Assembly: GCA_963805295.1 (NCBI GenBank)
Contig: CAWDTW010000055.1
Span: forward strand, 55,383 to 119,382
Direction of reading: 5' to 3'
Source of the DNA: an uncultured Alphaproteobacteria bacterium
GTDB taxonomy: Bacteria > Pseudomonadota > Alphaproteobacteria > Rhizobiales > Beijerinckiaceae
Length of the DNA: 64,000 nucleotides
How positions within the stretch are numbered: the first letter of the stretch is position 1; each line of letters opens with the position of its first letter. The notes below the pieces were generated by a model. It made no database searches. It worked only from the letters and a program-made list of their open reading frames with translations, and had not been told where the DNA came from. The position numbers and the translations under genes were made by a program. Positions 10,036 through 21,099 of this stretch are shown piece by piece.

Positions 10036-11403
10036 TCACTCCACGCCGAGAGACTTGAGCTTGCGATGCAGCGCGGATCGCTCCATGCCGATGAATTCGG
10101 CCGTGCGCGAAATGTTGCCGCCGAACCGGCTGATCTGAGCGATGAGATAGTCGCGTTCGAAGGCTTCGCGCGCTTCGCGCAGCGGCAGGCTCAACAATCT
10201 TTCACCCCCGATGCCGCTCGGCACCGTCGGCACCAGCGCCCCGACCTCCGCCGGCAGCATCGAGGCCGAGATTTCGGCATTCGGGTCGCCGAGCGCGAGG
10301 ATCATCAGCCGTTCGACGTTGTTGCGCAACTGCCGGATGTTCCCCGGCCAGTCGTGCGACTGCAAGACCGCCATGGCGTCCGCGCCGATGCGGCGAGGCG
10401 CGACCCCCATGCTGGCCGCGGTCATCTCGAGGAAGTATTGGACGAGTTCGGGGATGTCCTCGCGCCGCTCCGCCAACGACGGGACCCGGACCGGAACCAC
10501 CGAGAGGCGATGAAACAGGTCTTCGCGAAACCGCCCTTCCGTGATCGCCTCGGCGAGATCGCGGCTGGTCGAGGAGATGACGCGCACGTCGACATGCACG
10601 CGCGACGAGCCGTCGACCCGCTGAAAGTTCTGATCGACCAGGACTCGCAGGATTTTCGCCTGCGTCTCGCGCGGCATGTCGGCGACCTCGTCGAGATAGA
10701 GCGTGCCGCCGTGGGCCTCCTCGAGGGCGCCGATCCGACGCGGGCGGTCCGCGCCCGCCTCGACGCCGAACAGCTCCGCCTCCATGCCCTCCGGCGACAT
10801 CGCCGGCGCGTTGATGACGACGAACGGCCCTTCCGCCCGGGCGGAATGCTCGTGGATGAGCCTGGCGGCGAGCTCCTTGCCCGAGCCGGCGGCGCCCGAT
10901 ACGAGCACGCGCGAGTTGGCGGGCCCGAGCTTGTCGATGATCCGCCTCAGATTGACGACCGTCGGAGACGAGCCGATCATCAGATTGATCGCGCCGCCGC
11001 GCACTTTCAGGTCGTTGACTTCGCGCTTCAGGCGCGAGATTTCGAGCGCGCGTTCGGCGATCAGGATCAGCCGATCCGCCTTGAACGGCTTCTCGATGAA
11101 GTCGTAGGCGCCGAGTTTGATCGCGGTCACCGCCGTCTCGATGTTGCCGTGCCCCGAAATCATCACGACGGGCACGTTGGGGTTCTGCCGCTTGATCGCC
11201 TCGAGCAGTTGCAGCCCGTCCAGCTTCGAACCCTGGAGCCAGATGTCGAGCAGGATGAGCTGAGGGCGGCGCGCTTCGATCGCCGCGAGCGCCTCGTCCG
11301 AATTGCGCGCCAGACGCGCGCCATGACCTTCGTCCTCCAGAATCCCGGCGACGAGTTCGCGGATGTCGTCTTCGTCGTCGACGATGAGAATGTCAGCAGC
11401 CAT
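10036..11403 (-). CDS. ntrX: Response regulator NtrX
   Basis: MAADILIVDDEDDIR receiver, AAA+ domain with AELFG lacking GAFTGA, C-terminal GMERSALHRKLK. Confidence 0.95.
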   Translation of the reverse strand: MAADILIVDDEDDIRELVAGILEDEGHGARLARNSDEALAAIEARRPQLILLDIWLQGSKLDGLQLLEAIKRQNPNVPVVMISGHGNIETAVTAIKLGAYDFIEKPFKADRLILIAERALEISRLKREVNDLKVRGGAINLMIGSSPTVVNLRRIIDKLGPANSRVLVSGAAGSGKELAARLIHEHSARAEGPFVVINAPAMSPEGMEAELFGVEAGADRPRRIGALEEAHGGTLYLDEVADMPRETQAKILRVLVDQNFQRVDGSSRVHVDVRVISSTSRDLAEAITEGRFREDLFHRLSVVPVRVPSLAERREDIPELVQYFLEMTAASMGVAPRRIGADAMAVLQSHDWPGNIRQLRNNVERLMILALGDPNAEISASMLPAEVGALVPTVPSGIGGERLLSLPLREAREAFERDYLIAQISRFGGNISRTAEFIGMERSALHRKLKSLGVE

Positions 11404-13703
11404 CAGGACGATCCGATCTTCTCGTTCTTGGGTTCAACCCCGTCTTGCTCGGCGCCGGGCGCCGGCAATTTCATCAGCACCGTGGCGCCGCGTCCGCCGT
11501 CGGAGCGGGCGAGGCCGTCGAGCAGATCGACGCCGCCGCCGTGGTCCTCGAAAATCTTGACGACGATCGGCAGGCCGAGCCCCGTGCCTTCCGCCCGCGT
11601 CGTCACATAGGGCTCGGTCAGCCGATGCCGGTCCTCGGTCGGGAATCCTTTGCCATTGTCGCTGACGGCGATCTCAATGAAGCCGGCAACATCGGCGTCC
11701 AATGTCACTAGAACCTTACCCTTGTCGTGATCTTCCCACAATGCGTCAATGCCTTCTGACGCGTTCTTCAACACGTTCGTGAGCGCCTGCGAGATGAGGC
11801 GGCGGTCGAAATCGGCCAAGACCGGAGCCTCCGGCAGCCGCTCCTCGAAATCGATGTCCCCACGCCCGACCCGCATCAGGAAGATCGCCTGACGCACGCA
11901 ATCGGTCAGGTCGTCGCGCGAAGGGCGCGCCTTCGGCATGCGCGCAAAGGACGAGAATTCGTCGACCATGCGCTTGATGTCGTCGACCTGGCGGACGATG
12001 GTGTCGGTGCATTGGTCGAAGACGTCCTTGCCCTCGACGATATGCCGTCCGTATCGGCGCTTGAGCCTCTCGGCCGACAGCTGGATCGGGGTCAGCGGAT
12101 TCTTGATCTCGTGGGCGATGCGGCGGGCGACGTCGGCCCAGGCCGCGGTGCGTTGCGCGGTGACGAGATCGCTGATGTCGTCGAGGGTGATGACGCTCGC
12201 GCGATCGTCGCGTCCCGGATTGCCGGTGACCCTGACGTTGAGAATGCGCTCGCGGCCGTCCCGCAGAACGGTCGCCTGCCCCTGATGGAGGCGCAGCCGC
12301 AGCGAACGCGCCTGCTCCCAGATGAGGCCGATGCTGTGCTGCACCGAGGTCAGCGGCAGGCCGATGAGGCCGCTCTCGCCGCCCAAAAGCCGCTCGGCGG
12401 CGGCGTTCGAGATGGTGATCGAGCCGTCGTTGTCGACGCCGAGAACGCCGGCGGGCACGCCTGAAAGGACCGCCTCGATGAAGGCGCGCCGCTCGTCGTT
12501 GAGCGCATTGGCCTCGATGAGGCCAGTCTGCTGGCGCAACAATTCCGAAGTCATCTTATTGAAGGTTTCGCCGAGGCGACCGAGGTCGCCGTCGGAGGCG
12601 CGGGTGGGCACCTGAACCTGGAGGTTGCCGGAGGCGACCTCGTCGGTCGCGCGGATGAGCCGACGGATCGGTCCGACCAGGCGATTGGCCCAGGCGAGTC
12701 CGAGCCAGATCGCCGAAAACAGCATCGTCAGCGCCAGCATTACGAACACGGTGGCGAAGCCGAGTTCGAGGCTGTGCCGATGAGCTTCGAAGCGTCCCCA
12801 CATGTTGGAGACGCTGGCGGCGTCTTCGGCGACCCTCGCCGCCACCGGGTCGATCCCTCGTGCGGCGTAGAGGAATTGTCCATCGGCGCCGGGGATCGGC
12901 CGTATGCCGACGAAAATATTGCCGGCCCCGAGAAAGCCGCAAAGCGCCTCGCCGTTCGAGGCGTCCTGGAAGTCGGACGAGTCGGGCTTGGCGATCAGCT
13001 TCTCGTTTGAACCCTCCGCGATCTCGATCGGCGTTCCGTCGTCCCTCATCAGCGCCGCGGCGGCGAACCCCAGCGTCTTCGATCGCGAACCGAAATACTC
13101 CTTGAACTGCGCGGGATCGGAGCGCAGCAGCAGGGCGCTGCGCGCAATATCGCCCGCCGTCAGCTCCACGTCGCGCAACAGCGCCCGGCATTGAGATTCC
13201 CGATAGAGCTGGGTCGCCAGATTGGATTCGTTGATGAAGGCGGCGACGTCGCTCATGAACCGGGGGTTGATCGCCCACTCGACGGAAACAGTGGCGACGA
13301 CCGCGGTGACGATCGCCGGGATCGCGGCCACCAGCGAAAACAAGGCGACGAAGCGGCTGTGCAGCCGGGCCCCGGCGCGCGCCGCCCTCCTCGCAGATCT
13401 CAGCCGCGCGAGCTCTATGCCGATGAGAACGATGAGCGTGATGACGACGAGCCCGTCGCCGATCAGCAGGGTGGAAACGACTGTCGCGGTCGGCAGGATC
13501 GGCGTGAAACCGGCGAAAACGAGGAACGTCGCCAGGGCGAGCACGAACGCCGCTCCGACCGCGATCGGGCCGAAGCGGGCGGTAGGCCCGTTGTCGTCGA
13601 AAGGCGTTGCCCCGCGCCCGCCGGCGCTCGTCGTCGTTCCTGTCAATCTTCCCAACCCGCCGGCCGCGCCGCGCAGAATCGCAGCGCGTCGTCCCCGTGG
13701 CAA
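11403..13703 (-). CDS. ntrY: Sensor histidine kinase NtrY
   Basis: TM segments, [34 protein letters not shown], HATPase; between ntrC and ntrX. Start approximate. Confidence 0.93.
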   Translation of the reverse strand: MPRGRRAAILRGAAGGLGRLTGTTTSAGGRGATPFDDNGPTARFGPIAVGAAFVLALATFLVFAGFTPILPTATVVSTLLIGDGLVVITLIVLIGIELARLRSARRAARAGARLHSRFVALFSLVAAIPAIVTAVVATVSVEWAINPRFMSDVAAFINESNLATQLYRESQCRALLRDVELTAGDIARSALLLRSDPAQFKEYFGSRSKTLGFAAAALMRDDGTPIEIAEGSNEKLIAKPDSSDFQDASNGEALCGFLGAGNIFVGIRPIPGADGQFLYAARGIDPVAARVAEDAASVSNMWGRFEAHRHSLELGFATVFVMLALTMLFSAIWLGLAWANRLVGPIRRLIRATDEVASGNLQVQVPTRASDGDLGRLGETFNKMTSELLRQQTGLIEANALNDERRAFIEAVLSGVPAGVLGVDNDGSITISNAAAERLLGGESGLIGLPLTSVQHSIGLIWEQARSLRLRLHQGQATVLRDGRERILNVRVTGNPGRDDRASVITLDDISDLVTAQRTAAWADVARRIAHEIKNPLTPIQLSAERLKRRYGRHIVEGKDVFDQCTDTIVRQVDDIKRMVDEFSSFARMPKARPSRDDLTDCVRQAIFLMRVGRGDIDFEERLPEAPVLADFDRRLISQALTNVLKNASEGIDALWEDHDKGKVLVTLDADVAGFIEIAVSDNGKGFPTEDRHRLTEPYVTTRAEGTGLGLPIVVKIFEDHGGGVDLLDGLARSDGGRGATVLMKLPAPGAEQDGVEPKNEKIGSS

Positions 13704-13746
13704 TCATGCAACAATGTTGCTCAATTGCGACTATTTGGCGGCGCCA

Positions 13747-15234
13747 TCAGCGGAAGCTCGGCATATCCCGCAGGTTGAGATCGCGGATCTTCTTGCGCAG
13801 CGTATTGCGATTGAGTCCGAGGATTTCGGCCGCCCTGATCTGGTTGCCGCGGGTGAGCGTGAGCGTGGCGGCGATGAGCGGCGCTTCGAGATCATGCAGG
13901 ACCCGGTGGTACAGGCCGACCTGGGGGCTGGCGCCGCCGAACGAGCGGAAGAGGTCGGCGACGGCGCGCTCCACCGCCGCCTCGAACCCCTCCCCTCCGG
14001 CCTGACCGGCGACCGGCTGGGCGCGCTGGCGGCCGTCCTCTCCCGCCGACGCCACCGCGGCCACGGGCGCGCTTCCCGCGCTCATTTCGGCCTCGATCAA
14101 CGCTTCGCCGATGTCGTCTTGAGGATAGAGCGCGGCCAGCCGGCGGGTCAGGTTCTCGAGTTCGCGCACGTTGCCCGGCCAGGCGTAGCGCCGCATGCGC
14201 TCCATGGCCCCCGGTTCGATCGTCTTCATGGGAAGGCCTTCGGCGGCTCCGCGCTGAAAGAACGCGCGCACCAGGTCGGGAATGTCCTCGGAGCGCTCGC
14301 GCAGCGGCGGAAGACGGATCGGCACGACGTTGAGCCGGAAAAACAAGTCTTCCCGGAAGGCGCCCTGCTGGATGGCGAAACGCAAATCCTTGTTGGTCGC
14401 CGCGACGATGCGGACGTTGGTCTTGATCGGCGTCCGCCCGCCCACGGTGGTGTATTCGCCCTGCTGCAAAACGCGCAGGAGGCGTGTCTGCGCCTCCATC
14501 GGCATGTCGCCGATTTCGTCGAGAAACAGCGTCCCGCCTTCGGCCTGTTCGAAGCGGCCGACCGAGCGCGCGGCGGCGCCGGTGAAGGCCCCCTTCTCAT
14601 GGCCGAACAATTCGCTCTCGATGAGGTCGCGAGGAATGGCGGCCATGTTGATGGCGACGAACGGACCGCCCTTGCGCTTGCCGTAGTCGTGCAGGGCCCG
14701 CGCGACCAGCTCCTTGCCGGTGCCGGATTCGCCGGAAATCATCACGGTCAGGTCGGTCTGCATCAGACGCGCGAGCACCCGGAAGATGTCCTGCATGGCG
14801 GGCGAACGGCCGACGATCGGCATCGCCTCGGTCGGCGCGTGGTCGTTCGCCTCCTCACGCCGGCGCTTCGGCTCGGCGAGCGCCCGCCCGACGATAGCGA
14901 CCAGTTCGCGCAAGTCGAAAGGCTTCGGCAGATACTCGTAAGCGCCCCGCTCGGAGGCCTTGATCGCGGTCATGAACGTGTTCTGCGCGCTCATGACGAT
15001 GATCGGCAGGTCCGGGCGCATCCGCTTGATGCGCGGCAGCAAATCGAAGGCGTTGTCGTCTGGCATCAGCACGTCGGTGATGACGAGATCGCCCTCTCCC
15101 GCCGCCACCCACCGCCAGAGCCCGGCGACCGTGCCGGTCGCGCGCACCTCGTAACCGGCCCGGGTGAGCGCCTGATTCAATACGGTGCGAATTCCGGCGT
15201 CGTCGTCGGCGACCAGTATTTGCCCTGAAGGCAT
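13747..15234 (-). CDS. ntrC: Nitrogen regulator NtrC
   Basis: Receiver, [43 protein letters not shown]. Confidence 0.97.
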   Translation of the reverse strand: MPSGQILVADDDAGIRTVLNQALTRAGYEVRATGTVAGLWRWVAAGEGDLVITDVLMPDDNAFDLLPRIKRMRPDLPIIVMSAQNTFMTAIKASERGAYEYLPKPFDLRELVAIVGRALAEPKRRREEANDHAPTEAMPIVGRSPAMQDIFRVLARLMQTDLTVMISGESGTGKELVARALHDYGKRKGGPFVAINMAAIPRDLIESELFGHEKGAFTGAAARSVGRFEQAEGGTLFLDEIGDMPMEAQTRLLRVLQQGEYTTVGGRTPIKTNVRIVAATNKDLRFAIQQGAFREDLFFRLNVVPIRLPPLRERSEDIPDLVRAFFQRGAAEGLPMKTIEPGAMERMRRYAWPGNVRELENLTRRLAALYPQDDIGEALIEAEMSAGSAPVAAVASAGEDGRQRAQPVAGQAGGEGFEAAVERAVADLFRSFGGASPQVGLYHRVLHDLEAPLIAATLTLTRGNQIRAAEILGLNRNTLRKKIRDLNLRDMPSFR

Positions 15235-15270
15235 GCCACATGCTCCTCCGCCTGAACGCGCCCCATGCCG

Positions 15271-16383
15271 TCACTTCGGAGCGGACGCGCGCGGCGACTG
15301 CAGGGGCATCAGGACCCGGAACGTCGTCCTGCGCGGGTGCGACTCGCACTCGATGATGCCGCCGTGGTCGCCAACCAGCTTTGCGACCAGTGCAAGTCCC
15401 AGACCAGAGCCCTGGGCCTTGGTCGTGACGAACGGGTCGAACAGATTGCCGACGATCTCCGGCGCGATTCCGGGACCGTTGTCCCGCACGCAGATTTCGA
15501 GCGGCAACGGAACCGGCTCGGCGCTCGGCGCGGTGCGCAGGCGCACGCCCGGGCGATAGGCCGTCGTCAGCGTAATCTCGCCGTCAATACTCTCGTCTCC
15601 AATGGCTTCAGCGGCGTTCTTAATCAAGTTCAGGAACACTTGGATCAGCTGGTCGCGCGAGCCGTAGACGTGTGGGAGGGAAGGATCATAAATTTCCAAA
15701 AAGCGCACATGCCGCGCGAAACCGGCCTGGGCGAGCCGCTTCACGTGGTCGAGCACCGCGTGAATGTTGAGGCTCTCCCATTGCGACGGCGTCGAGTTGG
15801 CAAAGGACTGCATCCGGTCGACGAGTTTGACGATCCGGTCGGTCTCCTCGCAGATCAACCGCGTCAGCGCCCGGTCTTCGTCCGCGACGCTCGCCTCCAG
15901 CAGCTGAGCAGCGCCGCGAATGCCCGACAGGGGATTCTTGATTTCGTGCGCGAGCATCAGGCCGAGCGCGGTGATTGAGCGGGCCGCGCTCCTATGCGTC
16001 AATTGTCTGTCTATTTTTTCGGCAATTGCCCGTTCCTGCAGCATGATGGCGACCGCATCGACCGGTTGCGGCAATGGCGCGATGAAAACGTCTACGACGC
16101 CTCGACTGCCGGTCCTGGGGGTGGCGATGTCGATCTTGTATCCGTTGACCGTCGCGTGGTTGCTCAGAGCCTCGCCGACGAGCCCGAACACCGGTGAAGC
16201 GAAGGGCAGGAGATCGGTCAGCCGCGAGCGCAGGAGAGCGCCGCGGCCCATGTCGAAGAAGGTCTCCGCCGCGACATTGGCGTCGATCACCATGCCTTCG
16301 CCGTCGACGGTGATCAGCGGTTGGGCGAGCGCATTCAGCACCTTGGCCGGGTCCGAGCGCGCTTTGCCGAAGGGCGCGGTCAT
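15271..16383 (-). CDS. ntrB: Sensor kinase NtrB
   Basis: [43 protein letters not shown]. Confidence 0.96.
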   Translation of the reverse strand: MTAPFGKARSDPAKVLNALAQPLITVDGEGMVIDANVAAETFFDMGRGALLRSRLTDLLPFASPVFGLVGEALSNHATVNGYKIDIATPRTGSRGVVDVFIAPLPQPVDAVAIMLQERAIAEKIDRQLTHRSAARSITALGLMLAHEIKNPLSGIRGAAQLLEASVADEDRALTRLICEETDRIVKLVDRMQSFANSTPSQWESLNIHAVLDHVKRLAQAGFARHVRFLEIYDPSLPHVYGSRDQLIQVFLNLIKNAAEAIGDESIDGEITLTTAYRPGVRLRTAPSAEPVPLPLEICVRDNGPGIAPEIVGNLFDPFVTTKAQGSGLGLALVAKLVGDHGGIIECESHPRRTTFRVLMPLQSPRASAPK

Positions 16384-17393
16384 GCTGCCGCGCCCAACGG
16401 CTCCGCGTCAAACGCGCGGCGGAGGAGTTCGCGCGCACGGTCGGGGGCGTCGGTGGTGACGAGGTCGCGTCGCAGCCCGGCCGGCGCGCCCGCCGCCTCG
16501 GCATAGGCCGAAAGATGCTTCCGGGCATGACGCAGACCCGCTCTCGCGCCGAGCTTGGAAAGCAGCCAATCGAGATGTTCCAGCGCCGCCTCGCGCCGCG
16601 CCTCGTGCGGGGGAAGCCGAAGCGGGCCGCCCTCCGTCAGCGCCCGGGACACGGCGCCGACGAGCCACGGCGCCCCGAGCGCGGCGCGTCCGATCATCAC
16701 GCCCTTTGCGCCCGACTGGGCCAGCATCGAGCGCGCGTCCTCGACGCCCGCGCAATCGCCGTTGACGACCACCGGGACGGCGACGGCGTCAACGACGGCG
16801 CGCGCGGCGCCCCAATCGGCCCGCCCGCTGTAGAACTGCGCCCGGGTGCGTCCGTGAACGGTCGCCATCCGCACGCCCGCGAGTTCCGCCCGCCGGGCCA
16901 GTTCGGGCGCGTTGAGCGACGTCTCGTCCCAGCCGAGCCGCATCTTGACGGTCACCGGAACCGAAACCGCCTCGACGACCGCAGCCAGAGCCCGTTCGGC
17001 GTGATCGAGATCGCGCATCAGCGCCGCGCCCGCGAGGGCGCCGGACACCCGGCGCGCCGGGCAGCCCATGTTGACGTCGATGATCGCCGCTCCCGCCGCC
17101 TCGACCCTGCGCGCCGTCTCCGCCAGCGCGCGCGGCTCGCGGCCGACGAGTTGCACGGCGTGGGGCGAGACACCCTCCCCCTCGGCGCGCATCGCCGCCT
17201 CGGCGTTGCCTTCGAGGTAGGTTTCGGCCGCCACCATCTCGGAAAAGACCAGCGCCGCGCCGAATCGCCGCGCGATCCGCCGCATCGCCAGATCGCTCAC
17301 TCCGGACATCGGGGCGAGCATCGCCGCGCCTTCGAGCCGAATCGGCCCGGCCTCGAACGGGGCCGGAGCGCCTAATATTTGGGCACTTATCAT
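16380..17393 (-). CDS. dusB: tRNA-dihydrouridine synthase DusB (NifR3)
   Basis: [38 protein letters not shown]; first gene of the ntr operon. Start approximate. Confidence 0.94.
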   Translation of the reverse strand: MISAQILGAPAPFEAGPIRLEGAAMLAPMSGVSDLAMRRIARRFGAALVFSEMVAAETYLEGNAEAAMRAEGEGVSPHAVQLVGREPRALAETARRVEAAGAAIIDVNMGCPARRVSGALAGAALMRDLDHAERALAAVVEAVSVPVTVKMRLGWDETSLNAPELARRAELAGVRMATVHGRTRAQFYSGRADWGAARAVVDAVAVPVVVNGDCAGVEDARSMLAQSGAKGVMIGRAALGAPWLVGAVSRALTEGGPLRLPPHEARREAALEHLDWLLSKLGARAGLRHARKHLSAYAEAAGAPAGLRRDLVTTDAPDRARELLRRAFDAEPLGAAA

Positions 17394-17412
17394 GTTGCCT
17401 ATACTCTAGTCA
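17369..17412. promoter_or_regulatory. Two candidate NtrC-type sites at the operon 5' end
   Basis: CGCCTA-ATATT-TGGGCA (17369-17385) and TGCCTA-TACTC-TAGTCA (17396-17412) resemble the TGC-N11-GCA dyad. Confidence 0.45.
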
Positions 17413-17612
17413 TCGAAGTGCCGAAAGCAAGCCGCTCACGGCGCCCAAAAAGGCGGGTGCCGGATCGCGAACCCCTCGCGGACGCAATCCTGGCGCGTTC
17501 CGACGGTACTGTGTTCGGGCTCACCTTTGGCGGGCCAAGACAGATGGCTCGCTTGGACCGTCCGAGAGAAATCGACTCGCAAACCTCATAGCGCGACTGC
17601 GGAGCCGAGACG

Positions 17613-17939
17613 ATGCGCGCAAGTGTTCTGGCGACGATCCTTTTTTTTGCATCGACAAGTCTGTCCCTTGCGGTGATCAGCGTCGACGAGCCCAATCAAT
17701 GCTCGGACAGGAACGCTCTGCAAGGCATCGCCTATGACGCCAGGCTAATCGCGATCAAATTGTATTACAAAGGGCTCGTACACAATTTGGCCGACAAGCA
17801 AAAACAAATCTGCCTCGAAGCGCGCGTGCTTATGGACGACCGGTTTGCCGTCATCAATAAGACGCGGGAAATCATCGAAACCAAATGTCTGCCGATCGAC
17901 ATCGCGGCTAGCATGGCCATGCAGGGCCTGTGCCCGTGA
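17613..17939 (+). CDS. Small secreted hypothetical protein with 4 Cys
   Basis: Signal-peptide-like N-terminus MRASVLATILFFASTSLSLA; 108 aa. Confidence 0.7.
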   Translation: MRASVLATILFFASTSLSLAVISVDEPNQCSDRNALQGIAYDARLIAIKLYYKGLVHNLADKQKQICLEARVLMDDRFAVINKTREIIETKCLPIDIAASMAMQGLCP

Positions 17940-17981
17940 CCCCCCGCTTGACGATAGCTCGCGCCTCGACGACAGGGAGCC

Positions 17982-18260
17982 ATGGCCATCGAATCCCAGC
18001 CCGCTCTCCACGCCGTCATCGCCAGCCTTTGCGCCGAGGCGCCGGCGGGCCGGACAATCTGTCCGACCGACGCCGCCAAAGCGTTCGCCCAGGCGCGCGG
18101 CGAGGGTGAACTCTGCTGGCGATCCCATTTGACGGAGGTTCGCCGGACGGCGGTCAGGCTCGCGCTGGAAGGCAAGCTCGTCATATACCGCAAGGGCAAA
18201 GTGGTCGACCCAAAGGATTTTCGCGGCGTTTACCGTCTCGGCGCGCCCTCCGACCAATAG
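17982..18260 (+). CDS. DUF3253-like winged-helix protein
   Basis: TICPTDAAKA..VRRTAVRLALEGKLVIYRKGKVVDP..RGVYRL; GGGAG RBS. Confidence 0.85.
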   Translation: MAIESQPALHAVIASLCAEAPAGRTICPTDAAKAFAQARGEGELCWRSHLTEVRRTAVRLALEGKLVIYRKGKVVDPKDFRGVYRLGAPSDQ

Positions 18261-18389
18261 CCGGGCGCAGCGTTCTCTTTCTCAGCGGCGGCAAACCTCC
18301 GCCTCAGCCCCGGAAACAACGGGGTCATGCCGATGAACGGGCGCGCAACCGGCTCCGCCGATGATGATCGGCGAGAATCGCGAGCCGCG

Positions 18390-19277
18390 CTAGGCGGCCC
18401 GGACCGCCGTCGGCGGCGTCTCGGACTGATGGAGTTCAACCGGCTCGGCGTCCGCCGGTCCGGGAAACCAATGGCCGATCCGCCCGGTCGCCCGGTAAAC
18501 GGCCAAGCCGATCCATTCATGCAAGGCGATCTCGAAAATGCGCAGATTGCGCGCCGGACCGAAGTCCCACGGCAAGCCGTTTCCGGTTCCGAGCGTGCGA
18601 TAGGCGACCGGAAAGGCGGTCACGTCGAAACCCGCCTCTTCGAACACGCCCATCGAGCGCGTCATGTGAAACGCCGAAGTGACGAGCAGCCAACGCTGCG
18701 ACGGCGTCGGATGGACCAGCGCGGCCGTGAAGCGCGCGTTCTCCTCGGTGTTGCGGGACCTGTCCTCCAACGTCACGCGGACCGGATCGACGCCGAGTTC
18801 CGTCATCAGTTTGCGCGCCTCGAGAGCTTCGGTGGAAACCGCGGCCGTCAACGAGCCGTTGCCGCCGGTGAAAATGATCCGCGCTTCCGGGAAGCGCTTC
18901 GCCAGGATCGCCGCCTCGACGACCCGCTCGCCCTCATCGAAGACGCTCTGGCCTCGCGCCCTGCTCGGCTCATCGCTGATTGCGCCTCCGAGCACGATGA
19001 TTCCGTCCGGCGGCGGCATATCCGCCGGCGGCTGGGGAAAGCGATCCTCCAACGGCGCCACGAGCAGGAGGCCGATCGGCGTCAGCGCCCCCGCCGCCAA
19101 AAGGAGGATCGCCCCGATCGCGACCGCGCGCCCGGTTCGCGCATGGCGTCCGCGAGAAAACAGGACGCCCAGCAAGGCGGCGACCAACAGCAAACTGATC
19201 GGCGATAAGAACATCCAGTAGATTTTCGACGCGACAAACAACACGAGGCGCTCCCCTGGTCGTTCGCCTTCTGGCAA
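18390..19277 (-). CDS. YdcF/DUF218 family membrane protein
   Basis: PDGIIVLGG, IIFTGG, LEDRSRNTEENA, LLVTSAFHM, HEWIGL. Start approximate. Confidence 0.9.
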   Translation of the reverse strand: MPEGERPGERLVLFVASKIYWMFLSPISLLLVAALLGVLFSRGRHARTGRAVAIGAILLLAAGALTPIGLLLVAPLEDRFPQPPADMPPPDGIIVLGGAISDEPSRARGQSVFDEGERVVEAAILAKRFPEARIIFTGGNGSLTAAVSTEALEARKLMTELGVDPVRVTLEDRSRNTEENARFTAALVHPTPSQRWLLVTSAFHMTRSMGVFEEAGFDVTAFPVAYRTLGTGNGLPWDFGPARNLRIFEIALHEWIGLAVYRATGRIGHWFPGPADAEPVELHQSETPPTAVRAA

Positions 19278-19340
19278 GAGGCGAGGCTTGTCGCAAGTCG
19301 CGCGGTTGCCTAACTTGGGCCGCTATTCCGAGGAACCCCT

Positions 19341-20375
19341 ATGAAATTCAACCGCGATGTCGTCGGCGCGATCGGCCGCACGCCTCTCATCAGGCTTCGG
19401 GCCGCCTCCGAGGCGACCGGCTGCGCGATTCTCGGTAAGGCCGAATTCATGAACCCCGGGGGTTCGGTCAAGGACCGCGCGGCCCTGGCGATCATCAACG
19501 ATGCGGTGGCGCGCGGCGCGCTCCGCCCGGGCGGCGCCGTTGTCGAAGGCACGGCCGGCAACACGGGGATCGGCATCGCAATGGTGGCGAGCGCGCTCGG
19601 CTACCGCTCGGTGATTGTGATTCCGAACACCCAGTCGCAGGAAAAGAAGGACATGCTGCGGATAGCGGGCGCCGAACTGATCGAGGTCCCCGCCGTCCCC
19701 TACGCCAACCCCGACAATTACGTGCGCTACTCCGGCCGTCTCGCGGAGGCGCTCGCAAAGAGCGAGCCGGGAGGCGCCGTTTGGGCGAATCAGTTCGACA
19801 ATGTCGCCAATCGGCGCGGACACTACGAGACGACAGGACCCGAGATCTTCGACGACCTCGACGGTCGGGTTCACGGCTTCGTCAGCGCCGTCGGTTCCGG
19901 CGGCACGCTGGCCGGCGTCGGCATGGCGCTGAAGGAGCGCGACCCGCGCATCAAGATCGCCCTCGCCGATCCGATGGGGGCGGCGCTCTACTCCTACTAC
20001 ACGACCGGCCAACTGAAGAGTTCCGGCTCCTCCATCACCGAGGGCATCGGACAGGGGCGGGTGACGGCCAATCTCGAGGGCGCCCCCGTCGACGTCGCCT
20101 TTCAGATTCCCGACGAAGAGGCGCTGCCGGTCGTCTTCGACCTCGTGGTCGAGGAGGGGCTGCTGCTCGGCGGCTCGTCGGGAATCAACATTGCCGGCGC
20201 GATCCGGCTCGCGCGCGAGCTCGGACCCGGCCACACGATCGTGACGCTCCTGTGCGACTCCGGCGCGCGCTACGCCTCCAAACTCTTCAATCCCGCCTTC
20301 CTGCGCTCCAAGAACCTGGCCGTTCCCGCCTGGCTCGAAGCGAAAGGGCGCGCTCCCGAGGTTTTCGTTCGATGA
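19341..20375 (+). CDS. cysK: Cysteine synthase A
   Basis: KAEFMNPGGSVKDR, EGTAGNTGIG, GSGGT, SITEGIG. Confidence 0.93.
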   Translation: MKFNRDVVGAIGRTPLIRLRAASEATGCAILGKAEFMNPGGSVKDRAALAIINDAVARGALRPGGAVVEGTAGNTGIGIAMVASALGYRSVIVIPNTQSQEKKDMLRIAGAELIEVPAVPYANPDNYVRYSGRLAEALAKSEPGGAVWANQFDNVANRRGHYETTGPEIFDDLDGRVHGFVSAVGSGGTLAGVGMALKERDPRIKIALADPMGAALYSYYTTGQLKSSGSSITEGIGQGRVTANLEGAPVDVAFQIPDEEALPVVFDLVVEEGLLLGGSSGINIAGAIRLARELGPGHTIVTLLCDSGARYASKLFNPAFLRSKNLAVPAWLEAKGRAPEVFVR

Positions 20376-21085
20376 CCGAGGCCCTGTTCCGCGACGACGC
20401 CTACCTCAGCGAGACGCCGGCGAAAGTCCTCTTCTCCGAGCCGCGCGGCATCGCGCTCGACCGGACGGTTTTCTATCCGCAGGGCGGCGGTCAGGCCGGC
20501 GATCAGGGCGCCTTGATTCTCGACGGCGGCGGGACGATCCCGATCGTCAACACGATCTATGACGCGGATCGCAAGACGATCCTGCACGCGCCGGCCGAAG
20601 GCGCGAGCCTGCCGGCCCCCGGCGCGACCGTCGTCGCTCGGATCGACTGGGATCGGCGCTATAAGCGCATGCGCGCCCACACGGCGCTGCATCTGCTCTC
20701 CGTGGTGCTGCCCTTCCCCGTCACCGGCGGTTCGGTCGGCGACGCCGAAGGCCGGCTCGATTTCGACTCGGGCGAGGCGGCGCTGGACAAGGGGGAGGTG
20801 GAGCTGAGGCTCAACGAACTCATCGCGCTCGACGCGCCCGTGAGCCTGCGCTGGATCACCGACGAGGAGCTCGAGGCCAATCCGGCGCTGGTCAAGACGA
20901 TGTCGGTCAAGCCTCCGACCGGAACCGGCCGCGTCCGTCTCATCGCCATCGAAGGCCTCGACCTCCAGCCGTGCGGAGGCACCCATGTCGCGCGCACCGG
21001 CGAAATCGGCCGCGCTTCGGTCGTCCAGATCGAGAAGAAGGGCAGGATCAACCGCCGCGTGCGCATCGCGCTCGTGTCCTTCTGA
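20372..21085 (+). CDS. AlaX-type alanyl-tRNA editing protein
   Basis: MTEALFRDDAYL, DRTVFYPQGGGQ, HTALH, DLQPCGGTHV; ATGA overlap with cysK. Confidence 0.92.
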   Translation: MTEALFRDDAYLSETPAKVLFSEPRGIALDRTVFYPQGGGQAGDQGALILDGGGTIPIVNTIYDADRKTILHAPAEGASLPAPGATVVARIDWDRRYKRMRAHTALHLLSVVLPFPVTGGSVGDAEGRLDFDSGEAALDKGEVELRLNELIALDAPVSLRWITDEELEANPALVKTMSVKPPTGTGRVRLIAIEGLDLQPCGGTHVARTGEIGRASVVQIEKKGRINRRVRIALVSF

Positions 21086-21099
21086 CCGGAGCCGCGTGA

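Noticed and set aside
9922-15978. Long plus-strand ORFs (562, 668 and 237 aa) opposite the ntr genes, and similar antisense ORFs elsewhere
   Set aside because: Shadow ORFs caused by high-GC codon bias; no recognisable motifs.
19781-21085. 434-aa ORF
   Set aside because: Only the part from ATG 20372 (AlaX) is real; the rest is an off-frame overlap with cysK.
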